The position numbers and the translations under genes are program-made. The notes under the pieces are model-generated. The model was not told the DNA's origin. It ran no database searches and saw only the letters and a program-made list of their open reading frames with translations. This document shows, one piece after another, positions 1-10,244 of a stretch of DNA of 51,433 nt. The stretch comes from Bacillota bacterium (GTDB lineage Bacteria; Bacillota; Dethiobacteria; DTU022; UBA8154), in assembly GCA_029778075.1 (NCBI GenBank), contig JAKORA010000071.1:1-51433 (forward strand). Direction: 5' to 3'. Positions within the stretch are counted from its first letter, which is position 1, and each line of letters starts with the position of its first letter.

Positions 1-354
1 CAACTGATTTCCCTGTTTAACAGGGAGGATGATGAGCTCATTGCCTTCGGTTCCTATGCCATAAGCGTTTTTATGATTTTCCTGCCCATAGTCGGCTTCC
101 AGATAAGCGCCTCCGGTTACTTCCAGGCGGTTGGGAAGCCAAAGCAGGCCATGTTTTTAAGTTTGTCCCGGCAGGTGCTTATTTTAATTCCGGCACTTTT
201 AATACTGCCCAGGTTTTTTCATTTAAAAGGGGTTTTAATGGCCGGGCCCCTTGCCGATTTAATTTCCTCGATCATAACAGGCATATGGCTGTTTATGGAG
301 TTGAATTATTTAAATCAAAAAAGCAGAAATGTTTGTGCCTTAAGTGAAAGCTGA
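1..354 (+). CDS. MATE-family efflux transporter, C-terminal fragment (5' end lies outside the window)
   Basis: Frame 1 is open from nt 1 to the TGA at 352-354. The hydrophobic tail (GYFQAVGKPKQAMFLSLSRQVLILIPALLILP...GPLADLISSIITGIWL) resembles the last TM helices of MATE/NorM exporters. Confidence 0.55.
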   Translation, partial: QLISLFNREDDELIAFGSYAISVFMIFLPIVGFQISASGYFQAVGKPKQAMFLSLSRQVLILIPALLILPRFFHLKGVLMAGPLADLISSIITGIWLFMELNYLNQKSRNVCALSES

Positions 355-397
355 GAAGAATTTATGTTATAATAAATTCTATAAGTCAAAGTCGGGG

Positions 398-760
398 GTG
401 ATTGTCTTGAAAGACTGTATTTTTTGCAAAATAGCCGGAGGTGAAATACCGGCGGAGGTTGTCTATGAAGACGAGCAGGTCGTAGCCTTTAACGATCTTA
501 ACCCGGTTGCACCCGTTCATATTCTTTTGATACCCAGGTTGCATATCCCCAGTTTTGATGACATTAAGCCGGAGCATAAGGAACTCATGGGGCACCTGGC
601 CTGGGTGGCCGGAGAGCTGGCCCGGCAAAAAAACATTAATGAGGGCGGCTACCGCCTGATTATGAATTGCGGCCGGGATGGAGGGCAGGAGATCTTTCAC
701 CTGCACTTCCACCTTCTTGGCGGGAAACCTTTAGGCTCCAGCCTGCTCGGCCGCGAATGA
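398..760 (+). CDS. HIT (histidine triad) family nucleotide hydrolase
   Basis: Histidine-triad motif HLHFHLLGG near the C-terminus and CIFCKI near the N-terminus. The longest ORF starts at GTG 344 and overlaps the upstream stop. GTG 398 or TTG 407, just after a GGGGG run, is a more plausible start. Confidence 0.85.
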   Translation: MIVLKDCIFCKIAGGEIPAEVVYEDEQVVAFNDLNPVAPVHILLIPRLHIPSFDDIKPEHKELMGHLAWVAGELARQKNINEGGYRLIMNCGRDGGQEIFHLHFHLLGGKPLGSSLLGRE

Positions 761-899
761 TAAGGCGCTCTTGCAACGAGGGGACAGGCTACGGCAGATT
801 TTTTGTTTATTCTGGCAGATAATCTTGCAGGCATACAGGCGTGTGCTTAAGGTAATGCCACTGCTACATCTTTGATTAAACCAGATTTTTGAGCATTCG

Positions 900-928
900 T
901 TGACAGCTAACCGGTCAAAAGGTATAAT
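900..928 (+). promoter_or_regulatory. Consensus sigma-A-type promoter for rpsU
   Basis: TTGACA (900-905), a 17-nt spacer, then TATAAT (923-928), about 65 nt upstream of the rpsU start. Confidence 0.6.
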
Positions 929-992
929 AAGTTGAAAAGTTTTGTGCAGGGCCTTTTTCTTTTTAAGGCTTGGGTTGAGGGGAGGGAAACAT

Positions 993-1178
993 GTGTCGGA
1001 AGTTAAAGTTGGCAAAAACGAAAGCCTGGACAGCGCCCTGAGACGTTTTAAAAAGCAGTGCGCAAGGACAGGTATACTTTCGGAACTCCGCAAAAGAGAG
1101 CATTATGAGAAACCAAGCGTGCGTCGTAAAAAGAAAGCCGAAGCAGCACGCAAAAAACAGAGGAGGTACTACAATTAG
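993..1178 (+). CDS. rpsU: 30S ribosomal protein S21
   Basis: 61-aa basic protein [51 protein letters not shown] 993 is preceded by GAGGGGAGGG. The track ORF from 942 is an upstream extension. Confidence 0.9.
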   Translation: MSEVKVGKNESLDSALRRFKKQCARTGILSELRKREHYEKPSVRRKKKAEAARKKQRRYYN

Positions 1179-1195
1179 CGCTGGGAGGCGTTTCC

Positions 1196-1639
1196 ATGGA
1201 GCTTTTAGAAAAATTGCTGGAAGACCAGAAACTTGCTATGAAAGCCCGGGAAAAGCTTCGCCTCAATGTGATTCGCGGTTTGCGAAGCGAGATTAAAAAT
1301 GCCGAGATTGCCAGGAAACAGCCTTTAACTGAGGAAGAAGCGCTGTCCGTTCTTCAAAGAGAGCTGAAAAAGAGAAAAGAGGCACTTGCCGATTATGAAA
1401 GGTCCGGCAGGTCGTCACTTTTACAGGAGCTAAAAGAAGAAATGGAGATTATCTCTGCGTATCTTCCCCCTCAACTCTCTGAAGAGGAAATCAAAGAAAT
1501 GGCACAGAAAGCTATAGCCGGGCTGGGAGCTACGTCTAAAAAAGAAATGGGCAAGGTAATGGGTGTTTTGATGCCCCAGGTAAAGGGCAAAGCCGATGGG
1601 GCAATTGTGAGAAAAATTGTCGAGGATTTACTGAAGTAA
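1196..1639 (+). CDS. yqeY: GatB/YqeY domain protein
   Basis: 147 aa. The N-terminus LLEKLLEDQKLAMKAREKLRLNVIRGLRSEIKNAEI is typical of YqeY, and the gene follows rpsU as in Bacillus. Confidence 0.85.
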   Translation: MELLEKLLEDQKLAMKAREKLRLNVIRGLRSEIKNAEIARKQPLTEEEALSVLQRELKKRKEALADYERSGRSSLLQELKEEMEIISAYLPPQLSEEEIKEMAQKAIAGLGATSKKEMGKVMGVLMPQVKGKADGAIVRKIVEDLLK

Positions 1640-1685
1640 AACTTGGCTCTGCCAAGTTTTACTGTTAGAATGGGGGAGAAACCGG

Positions 1686-2999
1686 TTGCTAAGGAAGGTT
1701 TGCTGCTTATTTCTTGTCTTGTTATCCGGCTTAGTATTTTTCTCTACCGCAATGGCCGCTCCGTTAAAAGTTTTTGTTATCCCCCTTCGGGGAGAAATAG
1801 AGCCGGGGTGGCTTATCTTCCTGGAGCGTGCCCTGGAGGAGGCTGCCGCTGAGGGTGCCGCTGCTGTAATCCTGGAGATGGATACTCCCGGGGGGTATAT
1901 CGACACGGCTCAAAAAGCGCGCCGGCTGATGGATAACTTTACCGCTCCTGTTTATGCCTTTGTCAGGCCGCGTGCTCTTTCGGCCGGTGCATACCTGGCC
2001 CTTTCAGCCGACGGCTTTTATATGGCTCCGGGCTCCACCATCGGGGCTGCGGAACCAAGGTTACTGGGCAGTACACGTCCTGTGGATGAAAAGTACCTCT
2101 CTGCCTGGGAGGCCGAGATGAGGGTAGTGGCAGAAAGACAGGGAAAAGATCCGCAACTGGCAGCAGCGATGGTGCGTCAGGAGATCGTCGTTGAAGGTAT
2201 CGACTCATCCGAAGAACTTCTGACTCTCACCGCCAGGGAAGCGGAAAGCCTTGAGTTCAGCGACGGAACTGTATCAACGCTGGAGGAGTTGCTGCAAGCC
2301 CTGGATCTTGCGGAGGCTGAACTGGTAAGGATTTCACCTACGACCTGGGAGCAATTAAGCGGCTGGCTCATTAAACCCACAGTGGCCGCTATCCTGCTTT
2401 CACTGGCCTTTATTTTTCTTATCCTGGAGGTGCTCACGGCAGGTTTTGGCATTGCCGGTCTTTTGAGCATCCTCTGTTTCGGCCTTTATTTCGGGGGACA
2501 TTTTTTCGCCGGTGTAAGCGGCTGGCTTTCCATTTTTCTCTTTCTCGTGGGGATTGTTCTCCTTCTTGTCGAGGCTTTCATCCCCGGTTTCGGTGTTTTC
2601 GGCATAGGGGGGCTTGTCTCTGTGTTAGTGTCTATTGTCCTTGCGGCCGGCACCACTGAACTCGGGGTTAAAATGTTGCTAATCTCTTTATTCGTTTCCG
2701 GCGTTGCAGGCTATCTGTTTTTTAGGTACCTGCACCGCAGGGGTGCCTTGCGCCGGTTTATTCTGTTCGATGCTGCCACCAGGGAGGAAGGTTTCATCTC
2801 CTCCAAAGATCTGCAGCACCTGGTAGGGGAAAAAGGTACCACTGTCACCCCCCTGCGTCCGTCGGGGATTGCGTTAATTAAAGGTTCCCGCTATGATGTC
2901 GTCAGCGAGGGTTCTTTTATTCAACAGGGTGTGGCCGTCGAGGTGATAAAAGTGGAAGGACGGAGGGTGGTAGTTTCGCCCTTGCAGGAAGATAGCTGA
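1686..2999 (+). CDS. NfeD-family membrane-bound ClpP-class serine protease
   Basis: Signal/TM segment, then a ClpP-like domain (VILEMDTPGGYIDTAQ, SAGAYLALSAD), a multi-TM block and a C-terminal OB-like NfeD domain. It sits directly upstream of a flotillin gene. Confidence 0.8.
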   Translation: MLRKVCCLFLVLLSGLVFFSTAMAAPLKVFVIPLRGEIEPGWLIFLERALEEAAAEGAAAVILEMDTPGGYIDTAQKARRLMDNFTAPVYAFVRPRALSAGAYLALSADGFYMAPGSTIGAAEPRLLGSTRPVDEKYLSAWEAEMRVVAERQGKDPQLAAAMVRQEIVVEGIDSSEELLTLTAREAESLEFSDGTVSTLEELLQALDLAEAELVRISPTTWEQLSGWLIKPTVAAILLSLAFIFLILEVLTAGFGIAGLLSILCFGLYFGGHFFAGVSGWLSIFLFLVGIVLLLVEAFIPGFGVFGIGGLVSVLVSIVLAAGTTELGVKMLLISLFVSGVAGYLFFRYLHRRGALRRFILFDAATREEGFISSKDLQHLVGEKGTTVTPLRPSGIALIKGSRYDVVSEGSFIQQGVAVEVIKVEGRRVVVSPLQEDS

Positions 3000-3126
3000 T
3001 GTAAAGCACCAAATTAATCGCACCTGGGAAACAGCAGCGTAAACTTATAATAATTAGCTGTCATCTGCTTGGCTAATTTTCGGACCACTTATTAAAAATA
3101 TTCATTTTTTTAAGCTAAGGAGGTAT

Positions 3127-4128
3127 TTGATTTTGGAAGCATTATTGCCTTTGTTGTTCCTTATTGTCCTTATTGTGATCGTTTTTTCGGTAATACTCAG
3201 CTTTATCCCCCTGCGGCTGTGGATTGCAGCCCTGGCAGCCGGCGTTCGTGTCGGCATTATCACTCTTATCGGGATGCGCCTGCGCCGCGTTGTGCCGGCC
3301 AAAGTGGTGGAGCCCCTGATCAAGGCGACCAAGGCCGGGCTGCAATTGAATGTTAACAAGCTGGAGGGCCATTACCTGGCCGGGGGTAATGTGGACAGGG
3401 TCGTAAATGCCCTGATCGCCGCCCAGCGGGCGAATATCGAGCTGGGCTTCGAGAGAGCCGCAGCTATAGACCTGGCCGGCAGGGATGTCCTGCAGGCCGT
3501 TCAGATGAGCGTTAACCCCAAGGTTATAGAGACTCCCGTAGTTGCCGCTGTGGCCAAGGACGGTATCGAAGTCAAGGCCAAGGCCCGGGTAACGGTAAGA
3601 GCCAATATAGACCGCCTTGTCGGGGGAGCCGGGGAAGAGACGATTATCGCCCGTGTCGGGGAGGGGATCGTTACCACCATCGGCTCATCCAATACGCATA
3701 AAGAGGTTCTGGAGAACCCGGACACCATCTCCCAAACGGTTCTCAATAAAGGCCTTGATGCCGGGACAGCTTTTGAAATTCTCTCTATCGACATCGCCGA
3801 TGTCGATGTGGGCAAAAATATCGGGGCGCAGTTGCAGACAGATCAGGCCGAGGCCGACAAGCGTATTGCCCAGGCCAAAGCGGAAGAGAGGCGTGCCATG
3901 GCCGTGGCCCGGGAGCAGGAGATGAAGGCGGCAGTGCAGGAGATGCGCGCCAAGGTAGTGGAGGCGGAGGCGCAAGTGCCGGAAGCCCTCGCTACAGCCC
4001 TGCGGGAAGGAAAACTCGGCGTATTGGATTATTACAACCTGCAGAATATCCTGGCCGATACGCAGATGCGCGATGCCATCTCCAAAATGGGCAAACCGGA
4101 AGACCGCTCCGGAGACGACAGCAAGTAA
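3127..4128 (+). CDS. floA: Flotillin-like protein FloA (YqfA/UPF0365)
   Basis: [42 protein letters not shown] closely resembles B. subtilis YqfA as I recall it. TTG 3133 has better spacing from AAGGAGG (3117-3123) than TTG 3127. Confidence 0.85.
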   Translation: MILEALLPLLFLIVLIVIVFSVILSFIPLRLWIAALAAGVRVGIITLIGMRLRRVVPAKVVEPLIKATKAGLQLNVNKLEGHYLAGGNVDRVVNALIAAQRANIELGFERAAAIDLAGRDVLQAVQMSVNPKVIETPVVAAVAKDGIEVKAKARVTVRANIDRLVGGAGEETIIARVGEGIVTTIGSSNTHKEVLENPDTISQTVLNKGLDAGTAFEILSIDIADVDVGKNIGAQLQTDQAEADKRIAQAKAEERRAMAVAREQEMKAAVQEMRAKVVEAEAQVPEALATALREGKLGVLDYYNLQNILADTQMRDAISKMGKPEDRSGDDSK

Positions 4129-4264
4129 TTTTTTGTAAAAAATCTTGAAGAGCATTTAACTGCTCTAAAAAAGATGTGGCAGAAACTTTTCTTGATTTTT
4201 TTGCCGGAAAAATAAATCTTTATTATTCGATCTCTAACCATAAATAATGTTTTAACAAAATGAG

Positions 4265-4759
4265 GTGCTTTTCGTGGAGATTCTGATTATCTTTATCATA
4301 ATGATGGTTATCTCTTCTATTCTGAAGTCTCTTCGCGGGACGAATTCAGGGCGTGCTTATACCCCGCCTGTCCAGCGCCCGCAGCGGAGGGAAATACCTT
4401 TTCCTCCCGAATTTTTTGATTTACCGGAGGAGGAGAGGGAGGAGGCAAAAGAGCCGCCGGTGGAGTTGTATTTTCCGGAGCGGGCGGGATACTGGCCTGA
4501 AGTAGAAGCGCCGGTTAAGAAGGCTCCCGTGCAGATGAAAGAAGAGCCTTCCCTTTACCTGGAGAAAAAGTCACCGCGGAAAGCATCCACGCCTCCAAAA
4601 TCCCTAAAAACACTGCCGGGCGGGCCTCGTCCTGCAAGGGAAGAGGAGCGGGATATGGGGAGACATTTACAGGAGCTGTTAAACGGGGAAAAACTGCCCC
4701 TGGCAATTATCGCGGCGGAGATTTTTTCCTCGCCCCGCGCCAGAAGGCCTTTCAGATAA
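4265..4759 (+). CDS. Hypothetical single-pass membrane protein with a Pro/Glu-rich low-complexity region
   Basis: 164-aa ORF (GTG start) with an N-terminal TM helix (ILIIFIIMMVISSIL), a P/E/K-rich middle and a hydrophobic C-terminal patch. It occupies the yqfB slot between floA and yqfC. Confidence 0.4.
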   Translation: MLFVEILIIFIIMMVISSILKSLRGTNSGRAYTPPVQRPQRREIPFPPEFFDLPEEEREEAKEPPVELYFPERAGYWPEVEAPVKKAPVQMKEEPSLYLEKKSPRKASTPPKSLKTLPGGPRPAREEERDMGRHLQELLNGEKLPLAIIAAEIFSSPRARRPFR

Positions 4760-4817
4760 AGAGGGGTACAACACAAATCACTTCAGAGTTCCTTTGCGAC
4801 AGATTTTATAAAACCAT

Positions 4818-4845
4818 GTTGCCTTTTACAGGCAGCTTTTTTTTT
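4818..4845 (+). terminator. Rho-independent terminator candidate
   Basis: GTTGCC / GGCAGC stem (one mismatch) around a TTTTACA loop, followed by a T9 run (4837-4845). Confidence 0.5.
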
Positions 4846-4994
4846 GCATAACCCCGTTTTTGAAGCATAAATTTTAATAATAGGCGCCCACGAAGCTTTT
4901 GCGTAGCTATTAGATTAAAAAGAATGCCCAAGATTTGTTTGCGGGCAGGTGAAGAAAAAAGGGCGGCAACAAAAAGGCGGGGGAGGCGTTTCCT

Positions 4995-5285
4995 TTGAGG
5001 GGCAAGGAGTCCGGGGCTGAGAGAAAGAAGTGGCGTGAAAGCGTGGCCGATTTTTTTGAACTGCCCAAGGAGCTGCTTTTTAATTTACCCCGGACGACGA
5101 TAATCGGCAATGTACAGCTTTACCTGGAAAATTACGGGGGTATTATCGAATATAACGACGAAATCCTGCGTTTAAAGATCCGTGGCGGCGAAATTGTGGT
5201 TAAGGGCAAAAACTTAACTATCAAAAATTTTTTCAGCGAAGAGATATTTGTCGAAGGGCAAATTAACTCTATTGAGTACCGGTAA
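4995..5285 (+). CDS. yqfC: Sporulation protein YqfC
   Basis: ELPKELLFNLPRTTIIGNVQLYLENYGGIIEYNDEILRLK matches the YqfC family pattern. TTG start after GGGGAGG. Confidence 0.85.
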   Translation: MRGKESGAERKKWRESVADFFELPKELLFNLPRTTIIGNVQLYLENYGGIIEYNDEILRLKIRGGEIVVKGKNLTIKNFFSEEIFVEGQINSIEYR

Positions 5286-5299
5286 CCCGGGAGGGAGGT

Positions 5300-6505
5300 G
5301 TGGTTGGAACCTTGGCAATTCTGGACAAGTATACGCTCTGGCCGGGATATCTGCTAATCTCCCTGCAGGGTCCGGGGCTGGCGAGATTACTGAACCTGAC
5401 AGCAAGACAGGGTATTAAATTCTGGGATCTGAACTACAGAGAGAACCTTGTAACAGTAAAGATCAGGCCGCGTGACTTAAAGCGGCTGCGACCCCTTTTG
5501 AAAAAGACGGGTTGCAGAGCTAAAATACAGCGCAAAGCAGGCATACCTTTTATCATGCTACGCGGGAAGCGCAGAAAAGGACTGGTGCTGGGAACGGTAC
5601 TTTTTTGTGTGACCCTTTATTTTTTTTCCCTGTTTATCTGGGATATTAACATTGAGGGCAACAGCGCTGTCAGTACAGAGGAAATCCGCGCTGTTCTGGA
5701 GAACTATGGTATCAGGGAGGGTGTATGTAAAAAAAACCTTGACCTCTCCGAGCTGGAAAGAAAGCTTGTGCTGGATGTCGCTGATCTTAAATGGGTGGGG
5801 GCAAGTATAAAGGGTGTTTTTCTGGATATCCAGGTGGTCGAACGGCTCCGGGAGCCCCCTCCGGAGGAGAGTACCTCCCTGATTGCCTACAAGGATGGGA
5901 TGGTTACAAATATTCTGGTTCTCGCCGGCGAGGCTCTCGTCAAGGTAGGGGACACTGTCCAAAAGGGGCAGGAGCTTATTTCCGGAAAAATAAAGGTGTC
6001 GGAGGAGCGGAACGGGGAACAGGTGGAAAAAACCCTGGAGGTGAAACCGCGGGGAATGGTTGAAGCCCTGGTATGGTACGAGAGCTATGCCGAATCGCCG
6101 TTATACCTGGTGCATAAAAGAAAAACAGGGAATTTTAATCGCCTTTTCTACCTGGTTGTTAAAGATCGCGAATATTATCTCTGGGGGCCGCGCACCTCTC
6201 CTTACCGCAATTATGAGATGGAAAAAATTAAACGGGCTTATGTCTGGAGGAATCTACGCCTGCCTGTCGAATTACATAATATTTGTTACTGGGAATATGA
6301 GGTAGAGGTTGAGGCCGTTTCACCCCAGGAGGCCCTGCAGAAAGCGAGAAGCAAAGCCCTGAAAGAGGTAAATGCCCAGCTTCCCAGGGGGGCGGTCGTT
6401 AAGAAAAGGTATGTAAACGATTTTTATTTTTTTGAACTGGGCAGGGTGGGCTGCCGGGTAATGGTAGAAACACTGGAAGATATCGCCGTGCCCAATTTAT
6501 CATAG
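5300..6505 (+). CDS. yqfD: Stage IV sporulation protein YqfD
   Basis: 401 aa with one central TM segment. It sits directly after yqfC and before phoH, as in Bacillus and Clostridia. Confidence 0.8.
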   Translation: MVGTLAILDKYTLWPGYLLISLQGPGLARLLNLTARQGIKFWDLNYRENLVTVKIRPRDLKRLRPLLKKTGCRAKIQRKAGIPFIMLRGKRRKGLVLGTVLFCVTLYFFSLFIWDINIEGNSAVSTEEIRAVLENYGIREGVCKKNLDLSELERKLVLDVADLKWVGASIKGVFLDIQVVERLREPPPEESTSLIAYKDGMVTNILVLAGEALVKVGDTVQKGQELISGKIKVSEERNGEQVEKTLEVKPRGMVEALVWYESYAESPLYLVHKRKTGNFNRLFYLVVKDREYYLWGPRTSPYRNYEMEKIKRAYVWRNLRLPVELHNICYWEYEVEVEAVSPQEALQKARSKALKEVNAQLPRGAVVKKRYVNDFYFFELGRVGCRVMVETLEDIAVPNLS

Positions 6506-6521
6506 AAGCTGGGAGGGATGT

Positions 6522-7520
6522 TTGTCCTTGACGGAAGAGTACGAGGAATGTAAAGTGTATTTAAGAAACATGGACGAGATGCTGCCTTTACTTGGAAAGT
6601 TCGATGAACATATTTCGCTGGTAGAGGATAGCTTTTCTATAAGGGTTATACCCAGGGGAGACGAGCTTTCCCTGCGGGGACGGAAGGAAGATGTAGAGCA
6701 GGTCTATACTCTTCTGCAGGAGCTTCTTGCTTTAATCAGGGGGGGGCACTATTTGACTACAGCGGAATTTATCTATGCCATGAAATTGGCAAGTGAAGGG
6801 CAGGGAAGAGAAATAAAGAATCTATTTAACGACTTTGTGCTTGTAACCGACCGCGGTAAAAAGATCCGCCCCAAGACTCTGGGTCAAAAAAAATATGTTG
6901 AAGCCCTGCGCCGTTATGAGATAGTCTTCGGTATAGGCCCTGCCGGAACAGGAAAGACTTACCTGGCCATGGCGGCCGCTGTCTCCGCCTTAAAAAACAA
7001 AATTGTCCAGAGGTTGGTTTTAACCAGGCCGGCTGTGGAGGCGGGAGAACATCTGGGCTTTTTGCCGGGGGACCTGCATGACAAGGTTGACCCCTATTTG
7101 CGTCCCCTTTATGACGCTCTCTATGACCTGATGGGCGTGGAAAATTTTTTGAAATACAGGGAGAAGGGTATCATTGAGGTTGCCCCCCTGGCCTATATGA
7201 GAGGGCGGACACTTGATGATTCTTTTATTATTCTGGATGAAGCCCAGAATACGACACCCGAACAGATGAAGATGTTTTTAACCCGTATGGGATTCGGCTC
7301 CAGGGCTGTTATTACCGGGGATATAACCCAGGTTGACCTGCCGCGAGGGAAGTTTTCCGGTTTAATTGAAGTAATGGATATATTAAAAGGTATTGAGGAA
7401 ATTGCTTTCATTCACCTTGGCGAGCAGGACGTGGTCCGGCACAACCTGGTCCAGAAAATTATCAAGGCTTACGATAACTTTGCTCAAGAAAAAAACTGTA
7501 ATAGTGAAGGTGCCACTTAA
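6522..7520 (+). CDS. phoH: PhoH-family ATPase
   Basis: Walker A GPAGTGKTYLAMA, and IILDEAQNTT and ITGDITQVDLP motifs. Confidence 0.9.
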   Translation: MSLTEEYEECKVYLRNMDEMLPLLGKFDEHISLVEDSFSIRVIPRGDELSLRGRKEDVEQVYTLLQELLALIRGGHYLTTAEFIYAMKLASEGQGREIKNLFNDFVLVTDRGKKIRPKTLGQKKYVEALRRYEIVFGIGPAGTGKTYLAMAAAVSALKNKIVQRLVLTRPAVEAGEHLGFLPGDLHDKVDPYLRPLYDALYDLMGVENFLKYREKGIIEVAPLAYMRGRTLDDSFIILDEAQNTTPEQMKMFLTRMGFGSRAVITGDITQVDLPRGKFSGLIEVMDILKGIEEIAFIHLGEQDVVRHNLVQKIIKAYDNFAQEKNCNSEGAT

Positions 7521-9745
7521 TGAGTATTTGGGATCGAGGAAAAAGCTTTTTAAAAGGAGCTTCTTTTCCAGCCAAAATCAAAAGAGGACAGCGACTCTTT
7601 CTGGGGATAGGTTTTTTTATTGCCGTTTATCTGTTGCTATTTTTTTCCATTTTACCCCTGAGAGTCTCTGTAGAGCTTGGTATGCCCAGCCCACAGAGTA
7701 TATTTGCCCATAAAGAGGTCATTGATACTTTTTCCACCAACATCCTGAGAGAAGAGGCCGCTGCCGCTGTTCCGGAGGTTTTTGACCAAATCCCCGATGT
7801 TCTGGAGGAAGGAAAGGCGACTGTTGACCGTTTCTTTAGGGAGGTTGAAAAGATCAAACTCCTGGAAACAGGCGAGGCCGGCAGCGGTTACGAAGCCACA
7901 GGGTCCGGCGAGGCCGGTGAAGACAGCGAAGCCGGCGGAACTGGTGGTGAGAGTGAGCTAACGGAAACGGCACCGGATAAAACGGCTTTATTGAAGGAAG
8001 CTCTGGAGGCCATGGAGGTGACCCTGCCCGAGGGGACAATAGAAGCTCTTCTAGATCAGCGCCAGGAGACTCTCGATGAGCTGCAGAGCAGAGTGGAGGC
8101 GATCTTGGAAGATAGCATCTCCGCCGGGATTAAACCGGAAGGGCTCCAGGCGGCCCGGCGGCAGGTTTTTCAGGAGATTAACCTGATGCCCTTCAGCCCG
8201 GAAATAAAACGGGGAATGGAAAAGCTGCTTACGCCCTTAATTCAGCCAAACATGCTCTATAATGCCGAAGCCACGGAGGCCAACAGGGAAGCAGCCCGGC
8301 AGGCCGTGGAACCGGTAAGGATTTTAAAAAAGTCCCTGATCGTCCAGGAAGGAGAAAAAATTACCGAAAAGCATATTGCTCAACTGGAAGCCCTGGGTCT
8401 GCTGGGGCCGCGTATTCATGTGGGGGGCTATATAGGACTTTTTTTTGTTCTTTTGATTGTCTTTATTATTGTCATATTATATCTCTATCTTTTTAACCGG
8501 CCCATCTATGACAGCTTTACCCACCTTTCCCTGCTGGGGCTGATTATCCTGCTGACAATGGTTTTCGGACTGGCGGCCCGTTTCTTTTCCGGTTTTCTGA
8601 TGCCGGTGGCGATAAGCGGTATTCTGCTGACCGTTCTTTTTGATCCCCGTCTGGCGGTACTCATTAACATTGTGCTGGCGCTGCTTTTGGGCTTTATGGT
8701 TGACGGGGAGTTCAACTTTGTTATTGTATCATTATTAAGCGGCCTGGTGGCTATTTATAGCGTTTCACGGCTGCAGAGACGCTCCGATCTCACCAGGGCC
8801 GGGTTATATGTCGGCGGGGTCAATATCGTCGTGATTATCTCCCTGCTGCTTTTAACCAGCAACTTTCAGCTGGAGTATGAATTCCTCCGTGAATTTAGCA
8901 TTGCTGTCCTGGCAGGACTGGGTAACGGGCTTTTTTCCTCCGTTATGGCTATCGGCCTTTTGCCGTACCTGGAAAGCGCTTTCGGATTAACGACAGCCAT
9001 CACGCTCCTGGAGCTCGCCGACCCGGGACGCCCTCTTTTGCGCAAGCTGCTTATGGAAACTCCGGGAACCTACCACCACAGTATTGTGGTGGGCAACCTG
9101 GCGGAGGCGGCTGCGGAGGCTGTCCGGGCTGATCCTCTCTTGGCGCGTGTGGGTGCCTTCTATCACGATATCGGTAAAACCAGGCGTCCCTACTTTTTCG
9201 TGGAGAACCAGTTTACGGGTGACAACCCTCACAATAAAATTTCTCCCAATCTCAGTGCCCTGATCATCCGCTCCCATGTTAAAGACGGCGTTGAGCTTGC
9301 CAGGGCTGAAAAGCTGCCCCAGCCTATTGTGGAAATTATTCAGCAGCACCACGGGACAAGTTTAATCTCTTTCTTTTACCGGCAGGCTGTAGATAACGGA
9401 AAAGGAATGGAAGTGCCGGAAGAAGAATTTCGCTATGAGGGCCCTTTGCCCCAGACCAGGGAAGCAGCCATTATTTTGCTGGCCGATTCCGTGGAGGCGG
9501 CGGTACGTTCCCTGTCACGCCCGGTGGCGGGAAGGGTTGAAGGAATGGTAAGGCGTATCATCAAGGAGAAGCTTAATGACGGCCAGCTTGACGAGGCGCC
9601 GTTAACCTTGAAGGACCTTGATAAAATAGGCGATACTTTTGTGCATATCTTATCAGGGGTTTTCCACCAGCGCATTGAATATCCGGAAAGGGAACTGCGA
9701 GCAGATCTGGAGAGGGGGAAGAAAAATGCCGGTGATAGTAAATAA
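7520..9745 (+). CDS. 7TM receptor with intracellular HD/HDIG phosphohydrolase domain (YqfF/PgpH type)
   Basis: N-terminal TM helix, extracytoplasmic domain, seven-TM block, then an HD domain (HHSIVVGNLAEAAA...FYHDIGK). The ATG overlaps the phoH stop (TAATG). Confidence 0.85.
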   Translation: MSIWDRGKSFLKGASFPAKIKRGQRLFLGIGFFIAVYLLLFFSILPLRVSVELGMPSPQSIFAHKEVIDTFSTNILREEAAAAVPEVFDQIPDVLEEGKATVDRFFREVEKIKLLETGEAGSGYEATGSGEAGEDSEAGGTGGESELTETAPDKTALLKEALEAMEVTLPEGTIEALLDQRQETLDELQSRVEAILEDSISAGIKPEGLQAARRQVFQEINLMPFSPEIKRGMEKLLTPLIQPNMLYNAEATEANREAARQAVEPVRILKKSLIVQEGEKITEKHIAQLEALGLLGPRIHVGGYIGLFFVLLIVFIIVILYLYLFNRPIYDSFTHLSLLGLIILLTMVFGLAARFFSGFLMPVAISGILLTVLFDPRLAVLINIVLALLLGFMVDGEFNFVIVSLLSGLVAIYSVSRLQRRSDLTRAGLYVGGVNIVVIISLLLLTSNFQLEYEFLREFSIAVLAGLGNGLFSSVMAIGLLPYLESAFGLTTAITLLELADPGRPLLRKLLMETPGTYHHSIVVGNLAEAAAEAVRADPLLARVGAFYHDIGKTRRPYFFVENQFTGDNPHNKISPNLSALIIRSHVKDGVELARAEKLPQPIVEIIQQHHGTSLISFFYRQAVDNGKGMEVPEEEFRYEGPLPQTREAAIILLADSVEAAVRSLSRPVAGRVEGMVRRIIKEKLNDGQLDEAPLTLKDLDKIGDTFVHILSGVFHQRIEYPERELRADLERGKKNAGDSK

Positions 9746-10175
9746 TATCCAGGATAAAATCGAGATTTCCGAAGACATTTTGTCTTTACTGGAGAAGATA
9801 GGGAACTTTGTCCTGCGTCTTGAGGGCCAATCAAAGCAATGTGAGGTCAGCATTAACCTGGTGGACAACACTCACATTCAGGAGCTGAACTTTACTTACC
9901 GGGGCTATGACAAGCCCACCGATGTTCTGTCATTTAACCTGCAGGATAATATCACAGATGAGGAAGAGGACTGCATACTCGGGGATGTAGTCATCTCCGC
10001 TGAAAAAGCGGAAGAGCAGGCTAAAATGTACGGCCAGACCTTAATGCAGGAGGTTGCATTTTTATCGGTACATGGTATACTTCATTTACTGGGATATGAC
10101 CATGAAACAGACGAAGCAGAGAAGGAGATGAATGAAAAACAGGAGATGATCTTAAAACAATTTAAGCTTAAATAG
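9726..10175 (+). CDS. ybeY: rRNA maturation endoribonuclease YbeY
   Basis: HGILHLLGYDH zinc motif. ATG 9726 overlaps the end of the upstream gene. The track ORF from 9639 is an out-of-gene extension. Confidence 0.9.
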   Translation: MPVIVNNIQDKIEISEDILSLLEKIGNFVLRLEGQSKQCEVSINLVDNTHIQELNFTYRGYDKPTDVLSFNLQDNITDEEEDCILGDVVISAEKAEEQAKMYGQTLMQEVAFLSVHGILHLLGYDHETDEAEKEMNEKQEMILKQFKLK

Positions 10176-10244
10176 AGATGTAGATGCCAAAAGCCGAAAC
10201 TGGGATAAGATATTAAAACCAACTGTCAAAAAGCAAGAAAAACT

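Noticed and set aside
731-1093. 120-aa - strand ORF over the rpsU promoter and 5' end
   Set aside because: It is antisense to a consensus promoter and to rpsU, has a low-complexity translation and no ribosome-binding site.
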